Below the pieces are notes generated by a model that saw only the letters and a program-made list of their open reading frames with translations, did no database searches and was not told the DNA's origin. 64,000 nucleotides of DNA, taken from Balanoglossus misakiensis (Eukaryota; Animalia; Hemichordata). Where the stretch lies: the NCBI GenBank assembly GCA_040954595.2, contig CM082581.2:12646286-12710285 (forward strand), written 5' to 3'. Positions within the stretch are counted from its first letter, which is position 1. The number at the start of each line of letters is the position of its first letter. This document shows positions 41,370-52,363 of this stretch, piece after piece. Made by a program: the position numbers and the translations under genes.

Positions 41370-43508
41370 ATGGGTTGTTGTACGTCCGGCGAAGTTTCGC
41401 CGGGTCCCGTGCAAGTGGCGTGGCGGAGATCCACGGACACCGCAAGTTCGCCCGCGCGGAACAGCGAAGTCGTCGTCGCGAAAATCGAAACTATTCCTGT
41501 GCACCAGAAGGACCAACTGAATGAAAGCGGGAGCCACCCCAAGAAGGATGGTGGAAAGAAGAAGGATAAGAAGAACAAGAAGAAGACTAAGAAGAATAAG
41601 AAGAATAAGAAGCGAGAAGAGGAGAAGGAGGAGAAGAAGGAGGAAGAGAAGGAGGAGGAGAAGAAGGAAGAGGAGGAGGAGAAGAAGAAGGAGGAGGAAG
41701 AGAAAGAGGAAGAAGAGAAGGAGGAAAAGAAGACAAAGAAGAAGCGAAAGAAGAGCAGTGAGTCAAAAACTTCTTCTGGAGATAATTTAGTCAATCAAAG
41801 CGCTTGGCAGAGGTTCTGGGCTTCTGTCTACCTGCGGATCGGAATACGACCACGCATCCGGAAGACCAAAGTTGTTCCATTGGTGCTTTCCGATGAGTCT
41901 ATCAAAGACGGCGACAAACAGCTAAGTCGTTCCGCAAGTCGCGCAACACCCCCTGTGCCTGGCCTACCCGAGGCCCCGACTCCAACCCCGGAGATGGTGG
42001 AATCTCTGGCAGAAATTATTCAGGTGCAGCCGCAAAGTTTCCTGCAGGGAGCGGCGCGTCCTTCGGCTCCTGTTCCACCAAGTCGCACGCCGTCGCCATT
42101 GATATGGAACAGCGCATCAGCGCGCGCGCGGCCAAGTGTATCATCCGTGCGTCCGAATACGCCAGTCGAGCAACCTGAAACTGCAGCGGGGCGCGCCGTT
42201 TCTTCTCGGCGTCCAAATAAATCGCATGTACAGCCTGAGAAGCTGGCTTCATCTTTGCGTTCTCAGCCTCCATCCGTCCGATCCCGTGCTTCTGACGATC
42301 GTGCGCAGGCTTTTGATTTACGCCCACCGACACCGAAAATTCGTCCGCAGACTTCGGTTGGACGACCACCAAAGGTCCCAGCTGCGTATAAAGCTATGCC
42401 TTCGATGGAGAACTTCTCCGACTCTGACGAGGACGCTCCGCCAGCACAGCCTAGGTCATTTTTGCAACGTCCCCAGACCCCGAAGAAACGCTTCCGGGAT
42501 CATAACCGTACTCGCCGCCCCCATACACCGGGAATGCCAGCAACACAAGAATGGTATGAGACGGACGTCGACTCTGACGATGAAAGAACTCCGACTCCAC
42601 CTGCAAGCTCTTGGAATATTCTACGCTCAGATGCTCAGACCCCAGTCAGGCAATCTGCTGATGTAGCTGTGCGTCCAACAACTCCGTTCATCACTGTGCC
42701 GACTCAGTCGAGTTGGATTGACTCGGACGAGGACGAAGAGACACCCGAGGCCTCGGGTTCTCAAGCGTCTCCTGCACGCGTACAGACCCCGGCTGCACGT
42801 AACAACAGGCCGCCCGGAGCACGACCTAAGACACCTTTCTGGTCAACTGGAAGGACCAGTGATTTGCAGGAGACCCCGGCTGCACGTAACAACAAGCCAC
42901 TCGGAGCACGTCCCAAGACACCTTTCTGGTCAACTGGAAAGCCCGCTTCATCGCAGCAGAACAACGTCCAAAGTGACAGCGATGACGCGTACGACTTCGT
43001 GATGCATAGCCCTGGTCTCCCAGCCTACAGATCGCCAGTGCCCGTCGCGTCCAGCATTTTCGACACCGAGGAACAGCCCGACGAATTTTCGCGGGAAGAG
43101 AGGCGGCCGGTGCAGAACAGAGGAATGGATTGGGAGATCGAAAGGCAGATCGAGAGGGAGACAATGAGCGCCATCGAGGCAGCCATGAGTGCCGTCGCCA
43201 CCACATCCGCTTCGCCTGAAGAAGAGGACACCACCACCACCCGCTACAGCAATGGCTATGTGGACCTCAGAGATCCAAAGATCGTCGCCATGCAGAAACT
43301 CCGTCCCACTTCCAGCTACTCTAGGCGCGATGCCAAGAAAGACAAAAAGAAGGAAGAGGCTCCAAAAGCTCCAAAGTGGTTGATTGAAGACTACCTGCGA
43401 CTGAAGTCCACTTTGAAGCCAGTGAAGGAGGAAGTCTCCGATCTCTCCGATGACGACGCCGACTCCAACTGGGATTGGGATGATCTTGATGATCTTGAAG
43501 ATATTTAA
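41370..43508 (+). CDS. Intronless 712-aa low-complexity protein: MGCCTS N-terminus, K/E-rich tract, Pro/Arg/Thr-rich repeats, acidic C-terminus
   Basis: 2.1-kb uninterrupted GC-rich ORF with a good start context (ACCATGG) and a myristoylation-type MGxxxS start. No recognisable globular domain. Confidence 0.75.
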   Translation: MGCCTSGEVSPGPVQVAWRRSTDTASSPARNSEVVVAKIETIPVHQKDQLNESGSHPKKDGGKKKDKKNKKKTKKNKKNKKREEEKEEKKEEEKEEEKKEEEEEKKKEEEEKEEEEKEEKKTKKKRKKSSESKTSSGDNLVNQSAWQRFWASVYLRIGIRPRIRKTKVVPLVLSDESIKDGDKQLSRSASRATPPVPGLPEAPTPTPEMVESLAEIIQVQPQSFLQGAARPSAPVPPSRTPSPLIWNSASARARPSVSSVRPNTPVEQPETAAGRAVSSRRPNKSHVQPEKLASSLRSQPPSVRSRASDDRAQAFDLRPPTPKIRPQTSVGRPPKVPAAYKAMPSMENFSDSDEDAPPAQPRSFLQRPQTPKKRFRDHNRTRRPHTPGMPATQEWYETDVDSDDERTPTPPASSWNILRSDAQTPVRQSADVAVRPTTPFITVPTQSSWIDSDEDEETPEASGSQASPARVQTPAARNNRPPGARPKTPFWSTGRTSDLQETPAARNNKPLGARPKTPFWSTGKPASSQQNNVQSDSDDAYDFVMHSPGLPAYRSPVPVASSIFDTEEQPDEFSREERRPVQNRGMDWEIERQIERETMSAIEAAMSAVATTSASPEEEDTTTTRYSNGYVDLRDPKIVAMQKLRPTSSYSRRDAKKDKKKEEAPKAPKWLIEDYLRLKSTLKPVKEEVSDLSDDDADSNWDWDDLDDLEDI
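41545..41755 (+). repeat. Polypurine AAG/GAG triplet tract encoding poly-K/E
   Basis: About 200 bp made almost entirely of A/G, in frame within the 41370 ORF. Confidence 0.9.
42783..42941 (+). repeat. Internal coding duplication (two ~70-bp copies, 87 bp apart)
   Basis: QTPAARNNRPPGARPKTPFWSTG and ETPAARNNKPLGARPKTPFWSTG. Confidence 0.9.
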
Positions 43509-43866
43509 GTCATCCATCCTTCCACCATTCCTTCTTTTTCCAGTCGCATTTTCTTTCTTTCCTTCCTTCTTTCTCTTTTCCGTTGGTGCACAGGGACAAT
43601 TTGATTGACAGCTTCTTGGAAGCACGTTACTGCTGATGATGGGCAGTATTTTCTTAGTGCCATGTTTACTCAGACTGATTCACATTGTTGAGGACTATAC
43701 AGCTGAGACATGATAGACACTCTTTGGAGAGAGCTTCTCTACTATGAGACGCTCAACTTTTTGGACAATGTTTATAAAAACAAAAGACGGTGATATATGC
43801 TACCTGATGGTGGCGTTGTACTCAGAGGATAACAAAATGGCGATAGAGCGGCGGTAGACGTTACAA

Positions 43867-46800
43867 ATGTTTGCTGTTGGATATGTTACCAGAGGAATTT
43901 TAAGACATATTCGATTTCTACCAAACTGTAAACTCAGTTATAGATTGAAGGTTTCAAGGGATTTTCCCACTGATCATTACATAGTAAGGTAAGTGTGATA
44001 AACTCAACAGCCGGTACGATCGAGGCATGCATGATTCTGCCATTTTGTGAATGTTGGGTTGTGTTGATCGATCGAGATGACCGGTCAAATAATGCCATAG
44101 ACAATGATCGAAATGCATGACCTACATTTTGATACTTTACTTGTTCTAGGAGTCTGTATTAATAGACATGGACGAACCGATTTAACCTGTAATGACTGCG
44201 ATCAAAGATTATATAACCTTCCCTCGACGTGGGGCCTCTGATCGGGTTGGGGTCATCCCAATGCTGTTGGGGATGTTATGCTAGGATCACCCGGCACGAT
44301 CTATACTCCGCTGTTATATGTACTCCATGTAGATTGCGTCGGTGTACTGGCATTTATACTCAGACTGCGCACATCTGTTTGCCATAGTAGTCCATTGATG
44401 CTTGTAAACAATTACATTGTAAACAAACTGACTGCATCCAAAAATATCACCTTGACAGAATGTTGTCAGTTCACTTGATGTGATCTGGAATTATTCTCCC
44501 TTTGCAGAAGACAAGACTTTACCACAGGGGTAACCATGGCAACTACGGTGTTTAACGACATCGTGAAGTCAGAGGAAGACAAGCGGGAGTATCGGGGTTT
44601 GTTGCTAGGCAACCAGATGAAAGTGATGTTGGTATCCGACCCAACAACAGAGAAAGCGTCTGCAGCTATGGACGTACATGTCGGTAAGTCAAGATTGCAT
44701 TTTCACTTCCCCCTATCCACTTGATAATATGAAAACTTTGTCATGAATGTCTGCATGTTGAGACTTCCCCATTATGTACAAGTAAGATGTTTGGGTTTTT
44801 TGTTTTCCCAGGATGTTTATCAGACCCGGATAATATTCCTGGACTGGCTCACTTTTGTGAGCACATGCTTTTCTTGGGGACTGAAAAGGTGAGTGCATTG
44901 TCAGCCTCTCATTGAAGTTCTGTTGGTGTTGAGATGTAAAATGTATGGTAACTTTATATATTACTGTTATTATTATGATTTGCATACATAGTTATTGGAA
45001 TCTTTTTTTTCTTTCTCCCCTTCAGTATCCCTCGGAAAATGAATATACTCAGGTAAGTTCATATGCATAATTAATTTGAAACATTGTTGATAGTAATGAA
45101 ATGAGATGTTCATGATGAGAATTTCAGAGAGACAGAATGTCAGCAGGATACATTTTTATATTATTCTCTATTCTATTTTTCCAGTTTTTAAGTGAACATG
45201 GTGGGTTTTCCAATGCTTTTACTGCAGCAGAAGATACAAATTATTATTTTGATGTTTCACATGAGCATTTGAAGGGCGCCCTCGACAGGTGAGTTGCAGT
45301 TAGCAGATGTATTACCATGGTGCACACACAAATTGCCTTAGGTTGACCCCTCCTGAAGTTAACCCTAGTCATAGTTTGTACGTTTGGTAACAGAGTGTCA
45401 TATTTGCCCCCTTGTGGCTTGTTTCCACAGATTTGCACAGTTTTTTCTTTGTCCACTGTTCAACGAAGACGCCAAAGGAAGGGAAGTGAATGCTGTGGAA
45501 TCAGAAAACCACAAGAATTTGAAGTCAGACATCTGGAGATTATTTCAGTTAGAGAAAGCCACGGCTGACCCAAACCATCCTTACAGTAAATTTGGGACAG
45601 GTGAGAAGTCAAGGTCATATGTCATTTACCCTTTTCCAACAAGATCCAACCACCTTCATACTAGTCAATTAAGATAATCAAATTTGAAAAATGTTGCTCT
45701 TTATAGTCCACCGTTCATTGATAATTTATTAATGATTGTAATAAGAAGCCATACCTGTTTGCGCCTGTGGACCTTTTGTGCTGTACTCTCTGTGATAAAA
45801 TACACCAACTCACATTTGAAACCTTTTTTACTGTCGCTAGGTAACAAGTACACCCTAGAAACGAAGCCCGTGGAAGATGGCATTGATACAAGAGAGGAAC
45901 TGCTAAAATATCATTCCAAGTTTTATTCGTCAAATTTAATGGGACTGTGTATTGTGGGAAGAGGTGGGTGTGATGCTTTTGTGTTGCCAAGAATGTCTGT
46001 GCAAATGAAGACACTAGCGTTAACTCCATTCTCATTTGATGAAATTTGTGTGTGTTACTGTATCAGCATTTGACATCTCTTGTCTTGTTTCTGTCTGTCT
46101 TACAGAGTCACTGGATGAACTTCAAGAAATGGTGACAGACATGTTTGGTGATGTAAAAAATATGAGCATAGCAGCACCAGAGTGGAATGATCATCCTTTT
46201 AAGGATAACAATTTACGTGTAAGATTATTTTCTGTTGCTCGCAAGTATTATAATTCTTTTTAAATGAACTTGAAATAAGTAGATGCTTTATCAGATTTAA
46301 ACAAATGAACAATTGTTGTTTAATTTTTTGTTTCAGTTGCGATGTGATGTTGTCCCAGTCAAAGACATTCGTAATCTTCACGTGACATTTCCAATTCCAG
46401 ATCTGCATCCATATTACAGGTCAAAGGTGAGCCTCTCTTTGCATACAGTGGTATCTAACATTTTAACTGAGATAGACAAAAGTGAGAGATAGACAATACA
46501 GTAGGCATTACACAACCTTTGAGAGATAGACTCAACTGATGCATGCGGTAGTGTGATGCAGACTGAACAATTCCCAAACCTAGGCAGAGACAGAATTTTT
46601 TTTAGAAAAAAATGAGCAAGAGGAGAATTTGAAAGACTCAAGAAATGTTTGTGTCATTTTCACAGCCTGGTCATTATCTGGGACACTTGATCGGACATGA
46701 AGGCCCCGGAAGTTTGTTGTCAGAACTGAAGAAGAAAGGATGGGTGAATACCCTGTGTGGAGGTCAGAAAGAAGGGGCAACAGGATTTATGTTTTTTATT

Positions 46801-49800
46801 GTGAATGTGGATCTGACAGAAGATGGCCTGGGTAAGCTGCTCTGGAATGTTACTTTTCTAAATTTGAAAAACACTTGTCCATATCAAATGCTGTAAATAT
46901 AGTTTCCTGTGGTATTTAGTGAAATGAGATACTGACTTCACATATTGGGTATCTTTTGTATCCAACAACCTCTATTTCAGATCATGTGGATGACATAGTG
47001 ACACACATATTCCAGTATCTGAACCTTCTGAAGAAAGAAGGAGCCCAGGAATGGGTGCACAATGAATGCAGAGACTTGGACGCCATGACATTCCGATTCA
47101 AAGACAAAGAAAGGCCAAGTTCCTACACCTCCAAGGTGTCTGGACTGTTACATGTAAGTTGCAGTGTTATTTATATCAACATTCAATAACACTTGATTGA
47201 TAATTTTATTTCAACAACATGACTGAGTTCATCTTCCCTATACATCAACAGAGATTCAGAATGCAAGAGATTCTATGTGGTGATTTCGTCATGGACGAAT
47301 TCCGACCAGATCTGATTGATATGCTGTTGTGCAAACTCATCCCTGAAAAAATCAGGTAAGGGAGCTTTCAGATATTATGAGGGGGGAGGGCCGAGGAAAA
47401 TTGGCAACAGTCCTTCATGTTTTGTCATTCACTGGTTCTGAAATCCATCTCAGAATTTTAACTCATTATCCAATGCAACCATGTCAGATTTATTATGTAA
47501 CAGGAAACCTTCCATGATTTGTGTTTTCCAGGATTGCTGTGATTTCAAAGAGCTTTGAAGGGACAACCGACCAAGTCGAGAAATGGTACGAGACTCCCTA
47601 CAGAATTACACCGATACCTCAGGAAAAGTTAGAGGTGGGGCAAAATTCAAAATTCAGGTTGTGTTGGACTATCTAATATTTTCTCAGCCAAATCGAAAAA
47701 GGCTGCCATGCCACCGTCTACACTGTCATAAATATGACAAATATGAGGTTAAAAGGTTTATTTGATTTGATGTACATTTCAAATGATATGTGCCTCTCTT
47801 CCTTGCAGGGATGGAAAAATGCTGGACTGAACGAAAATTTAGCCTTACCGCTACGGAACGAATTTATCCCGACAAACTTTGCAATAACCCCACGAGAGGA
47901 GGAACCCTCGACGATTCCAGTGTTGATCAAAGACACAAACATGACCAAGTTGTGGTTCAAACAGGATGAAAAATTCCTGCTGCCAAAAGCCTGTTTGCAT
48001 TTTGAATTTACAAGGTGAGCCCCCTCAGTCTGGACTGTTCGGCCAATCAAGTAGACAGAACCTCATCACATGATTTGGAACTGCCAATGAGCTGAAAGGC
48101 ACTAAGCAACAGTGCTTTGAATAAGTCCAGTCACATGATACTTGAGCAGACCAATCAGACAGGGTGTTTCTCTGATTGAGTTCAGACAACGAATTGGAAT
48201 GCATCCTTTTGTTCATATGCTGTTGTTTCGTGTTTTTTTTTCCAGTCCCATGGCATATCTGGACCCGTTACACTGCAACCTGGCATTTATGTTTAATTCG
48301 CTTTTCAAGGACAGCTTGGTTGAATATTCGTACGCTGCAGAGATTGCGGGACTGGGATACAATTTAGAAAACACCATATATGGACTATATGTAAGTCAGC
48401 ATCATTATTATTTTTGCCCTTGACCTCCTGTCTTCACTACATGGACTCAACCACAAAGATGAAAACAATGGGGTTGTACCAAGATTGTCAGTATGTCCAT
48501 AGAATAGTTCTTTTTTAACATTTTCCCGACATTTCTTGTTTCATGTATTTTTTATAGCTTGGTGTGAAGGGATACAATGATAAGCAACCAATTCTACTCA
48601 GGAAAATATTGGAGAAAATGACAACTTTTGTGGTGGATGAAAAAAGATTTGACATCATCAAAGAAGCTGTGAGTATATCAAGACAAGTCTGCAATCTTTC
48701 TAATTTCAAACGATGTCAAATTTTTGGAGAGTGGTGGTAAAAATGTTGAGTATGAAAAAGACAACTGGAAGTGGAGATCAGAGATCAGTATCAACCCTGC
48801 AAGAGATATTCCTTCTCTATCTGAATAATGACTAAAATCTTTTCATTTCCCACACAGTACACACGGAGTCTACAGAACTTCAAGGCAGAACCACCACACC
48901 AGCATGCGTTGTACTATACATCTGTGTTGATGGCTGAACACGCATGGACAAAAGATGAACTACAAGACTGCTTGGATGGTAGGTTGGTTTGGGTTGGGGG
49001 AGGGGGAGGGCACTCAGTCAGTAATTGGGGGAGTAGAGAGGGGTTGATGTACAGAGAAGAACGCAATTCTTAATAAGCCCCCTGTTGTACTAAGAGAAAG
49101 ATTGGACCCTTTTGATGGTATCAATAGAGTGTGAGAATCATCTTCTTTCCAATACATGTAATGAGATCTTTCAATTCACATTCAGTTTGTTCTGAATTTC
49201 AGAAGTGACAATTGAAGCCCTGAGGGCGTTTATTCCACAGTTGCTGGGCAAAATGCATATTGAAGCACTTTTCCAAGGTAACCTGACAAAACAGGTGAGT
49301 TACTTTCTTACTTTTATTTGAACCCATTCACCCCTGTTTCTAATTAATATGGTTTCTTCCACACCACTGAAATCAATGGGCCCATACTAAAATTTGATGT
49401 TTTTGTCACTGCTTCTTTCATACAGACTGCGTTAGAACTAATCAATGATGTGGAAAATACACTGGTAACCAATGCCAAGACTAAACCACTGTTACCCAGT
49501 CAGCTTGTCAGACACCGAGAATTACAACTACCCGATGGTAAGTCTGCCCTCTTTGTATTCAGTATCAATGGGAAAATCCAAAGCATTGTAGTGGAAAGGG
49601 TTAATTTGCTAAAATATCATGAATTGTTTTGTTTTGTGACTAGGTTGTTATTACATGTATCAGCAAGAGAACATGGTACACCGCAATGCTTGCATTGAAG
49701 TCTACTACCAGACGGACCTTCAGTCGACCAGAAGTAACATGCTGTTGGAACTATTTTGTCAACTGATCAATGAACCGTGTTTCGACACACTGAGAACCAA

Positions 49801-51004
49801 GGAACAGCTAGGTGAGTGTCCTTTTATTTGATCTGGATTGATTCTTGACAGCTGTGTGATCTATGCTGTAGGGTTGAAATCTAACGGGTTGACTGTGAGG
49901 GGTTGATACTAACGTCAAAACGGGGAGGAGCCTGGCATTACTCTTTTTGCGTTTGATCTTACAGGATACATCGTTGTGAGTGGTGTCAGACGAGCCAGCG
50001 GTGTTCAGGGATTGAGGTTCATCATTCAATCCGACAAACAACCATCGTATGTGGAATCAAGAGTGGAGGCTTTCCTGCAGAGCATGGAAGTAAGTCAACC
50101 ACTGTTTTTCCCCCATTGATTGCAGATACTGGGTCCCAATTATTCCCTCTGCCTTCATCATAATCTCGTTTACTTCAATTGCTGCACTTACAGAAATACA
50201 TTGATGAAATGTCAGACGAGGCGTTTCAGAAACACTTGCTGGCCTTGGCTGTCAGAAGACTTGATAAACCCAAGAAGCTGTCCTCAGAAACTGCAAAACA
50301 TTGGATGGAAATCATTTCCAAGCAGTATAACTTTGAAAGAGGTAAAGTACACGTCAGACTTTATGGTGTCACACACACACACAGGCACAGAGACACTGAC
50401 TGACTAACAAGCAGGTAAAGGAACACAGAGAGGACAAAAGAGACCCTTTAAGTTTGTTGAAAAATATCAGCTCGCCACTACCAATGGCATAGAAGTATAA
50501 ATGAGGGAAGAATGATGATGATGATGCTTGACTTGAACATTGACATTTTCAGATACAATTGAAGTGGCATATCTGAAGACCCTGACCAAGACAGACATAC
50601 TAAGATTCTACAAAGACATGCTGGCAGTGAAAGCACCTAAACGTCACAAACTGTCGGTGCACATAGTTTCTACAGCAACGGACACAGGAAAAGATGAAAT
50701 TGGAGATGGTGATCAGGTTGACGCCGCAGAGATAGCTGAGACTATGGCCGCCATGGGTCTGGAGACGCCAAATGGTAACAATGGTGTAGAATTAGCACCA
50801 GTTCCTGATTTTGGAGAGGTAAGCAGCTGCCCCTGATGATTCTAAAGATTTTGTTCTCAAAGTCTAAATTCAACAAATTGTAAACTGATCATGACTCTTT
50901 GTATCTTACAGCCATCTCTGATTCGTGACATCACCTCTTTCAAGAGCAGCCACCCACTATTCCCTTTAGTCAAACCTTTCAATGGACAAAAGTCAAAATT
51001 ATAA
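43867..51004 (+). CDS. IDE: Insulin-degrading enzyme (insulysin, peptidase M16A), ~24 coding exons
   Basis: [42 protein letters not shown]; inverted zinc motif [16 protein letters not shown] (44812-44888); 27-nt exon YPSENEYTQ (45026-45052); [22 protein letters not shown]; [14 protein letters not shown]; [14 protein letters not shown]. Ends [10 protein letters not shown] (TAA 51002-51004). Confidence 0.97.
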
Positions 51005-51366
51005 GGTGAAGACAATCCTTATAAGCGTCAACTCAATGGTGGAAATATACTGGTAGAAGATACGTTTTAAATTTTAATATAATGGCTACTATTATTAGAT
51101 AGAAAAAGTAAATTGCGAAAAAGCAGAGGAGTTTGGACACTGCTTGCATGGATGATACTTCAGGTGAAATCGTTGCCATAACGATGGAAGAATGCAAAGC
51201 AGGCAAAAATGGAAACTACCAACAAATTTGTGACTACCACCAGTGACGAGAACAACTGACGGAAGATTGAAAACATTTGAGGAGAATACCAACACAGTGT
51301 CTGTGACCACCGCTGACAAAAATCACTAAACATGATGACATGCTGATGTTTGATGAAAAAGAACCA

Positions 51367-51662
51367 TGAGAACTGCAAAGTTGATGACAACCACCAGAAC
51401 TGATGACTACAAGTTTTATGAGAACTACCATCTTAATGAAGACCACCAGAATTGATGACCAATAATTTTGTGAGAACCACCATCTTAATAAAGACCACAA
51501 GAACTGATGACCGATAATTTTGTGAGAACTACCATCTTAATGAAGACCACCAGAATTGATGACCAATAATTTTGTGAGAACTACCATCTTAATGAAGACC
51601 ACAACAACTGATGACCAATAATTTTGTGAGAACTACCATTTTAATGAAGACCAACAGAATCA
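51367..51662 (+). repeat. 52-bp minisatellite, ~5.5 copies, downstream of the IDE stop
   Basis: Unit TGAGAACTACCATCTTAATGAAGACCACCAGAATTGATGACCAATAATTTTG, with AGAAC at 51369 (degenerate), 51421, 51473, 51525, 51577 and 51629. Confidence 0.95.
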
Positions 51663-51748
51663 ACTACTGACGAACAGCACTGATGTGATAAATGTTTAAC
51701 ATCTATGATTGCCATGCGAAGGAAAGGGCTGATTCTAGCAGATTATCA

Positions 51749-52363
51749 AAAGTCATTGTCTGTGTATAACACCAGTCGCATCATCGTCTCCAATGAAGTA
51801 ACCTCCCCCTCTGCTGACTTGGACGACCGTAAAGATGTAGACTACAGAAATGGCTACAGTGACAATCACCATCACCGATCACTTCACAAATGACGCCATC
51901 TACCAAATGTGCCGAGTGTTGTGATCCAGAGTCACTGTGGAACAGGCAATCTGCCTCATCACATCATCATCACAGTATCACCAGTGATGTGTTGTGAAAA
52001 AAAAAATCAAGTGAAATCAATGTCAGGTTTGTAGAAACCCGTGCTGCACTGAGAAGTCGGATCAAGTCATCCCGTATTCGACCAGTTAGTATTATCTTGC
52101 GAAGAAGAAATCGGCCGTGTGACGAATTACCATCTCTGATTGCTGCGTGTGACCATCAATGCTTGATGAATGGAAGTCATTGTCTGTGTATAACACCAGT
52201 CTCATCACCGTCTCCAATGAAGTAACCTCCCCTCTACTGACTTGGACGACCGATTACAGAAATGACTACAGTGACAATCACCATCACCGATCACCTCACA
52301 AATGACGCCATCTACCCAATGTGCTGAGTGTTGTGATCCAGAGTCACTGTGAAACCAGCAATC
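51749..52363 (+). repeat. ~200-bp direct repeat pair (51749-51951 and 52174-52363)
   Basis: Both copies begin AAGTCATTGTCTGTGTATAACACCAGTC and run through GTGTTGTGATCCAGAGTCACTGTG. The second copy has a short deletion. Confidence 0.93.

Noticed and set aside
42783-42941. 87-bp spacing of the coding duplication equals the satellite period
   Set aside because: No sequence similarity to the satellite; coincidence.
41123-43625. Antisense and alternate-frame ORFs (poly-F/S 223 aa, poly-R 89 aa, 225 aa)
   Set aside because: Shadows of the purine-rich, GC-rich sense ORF.
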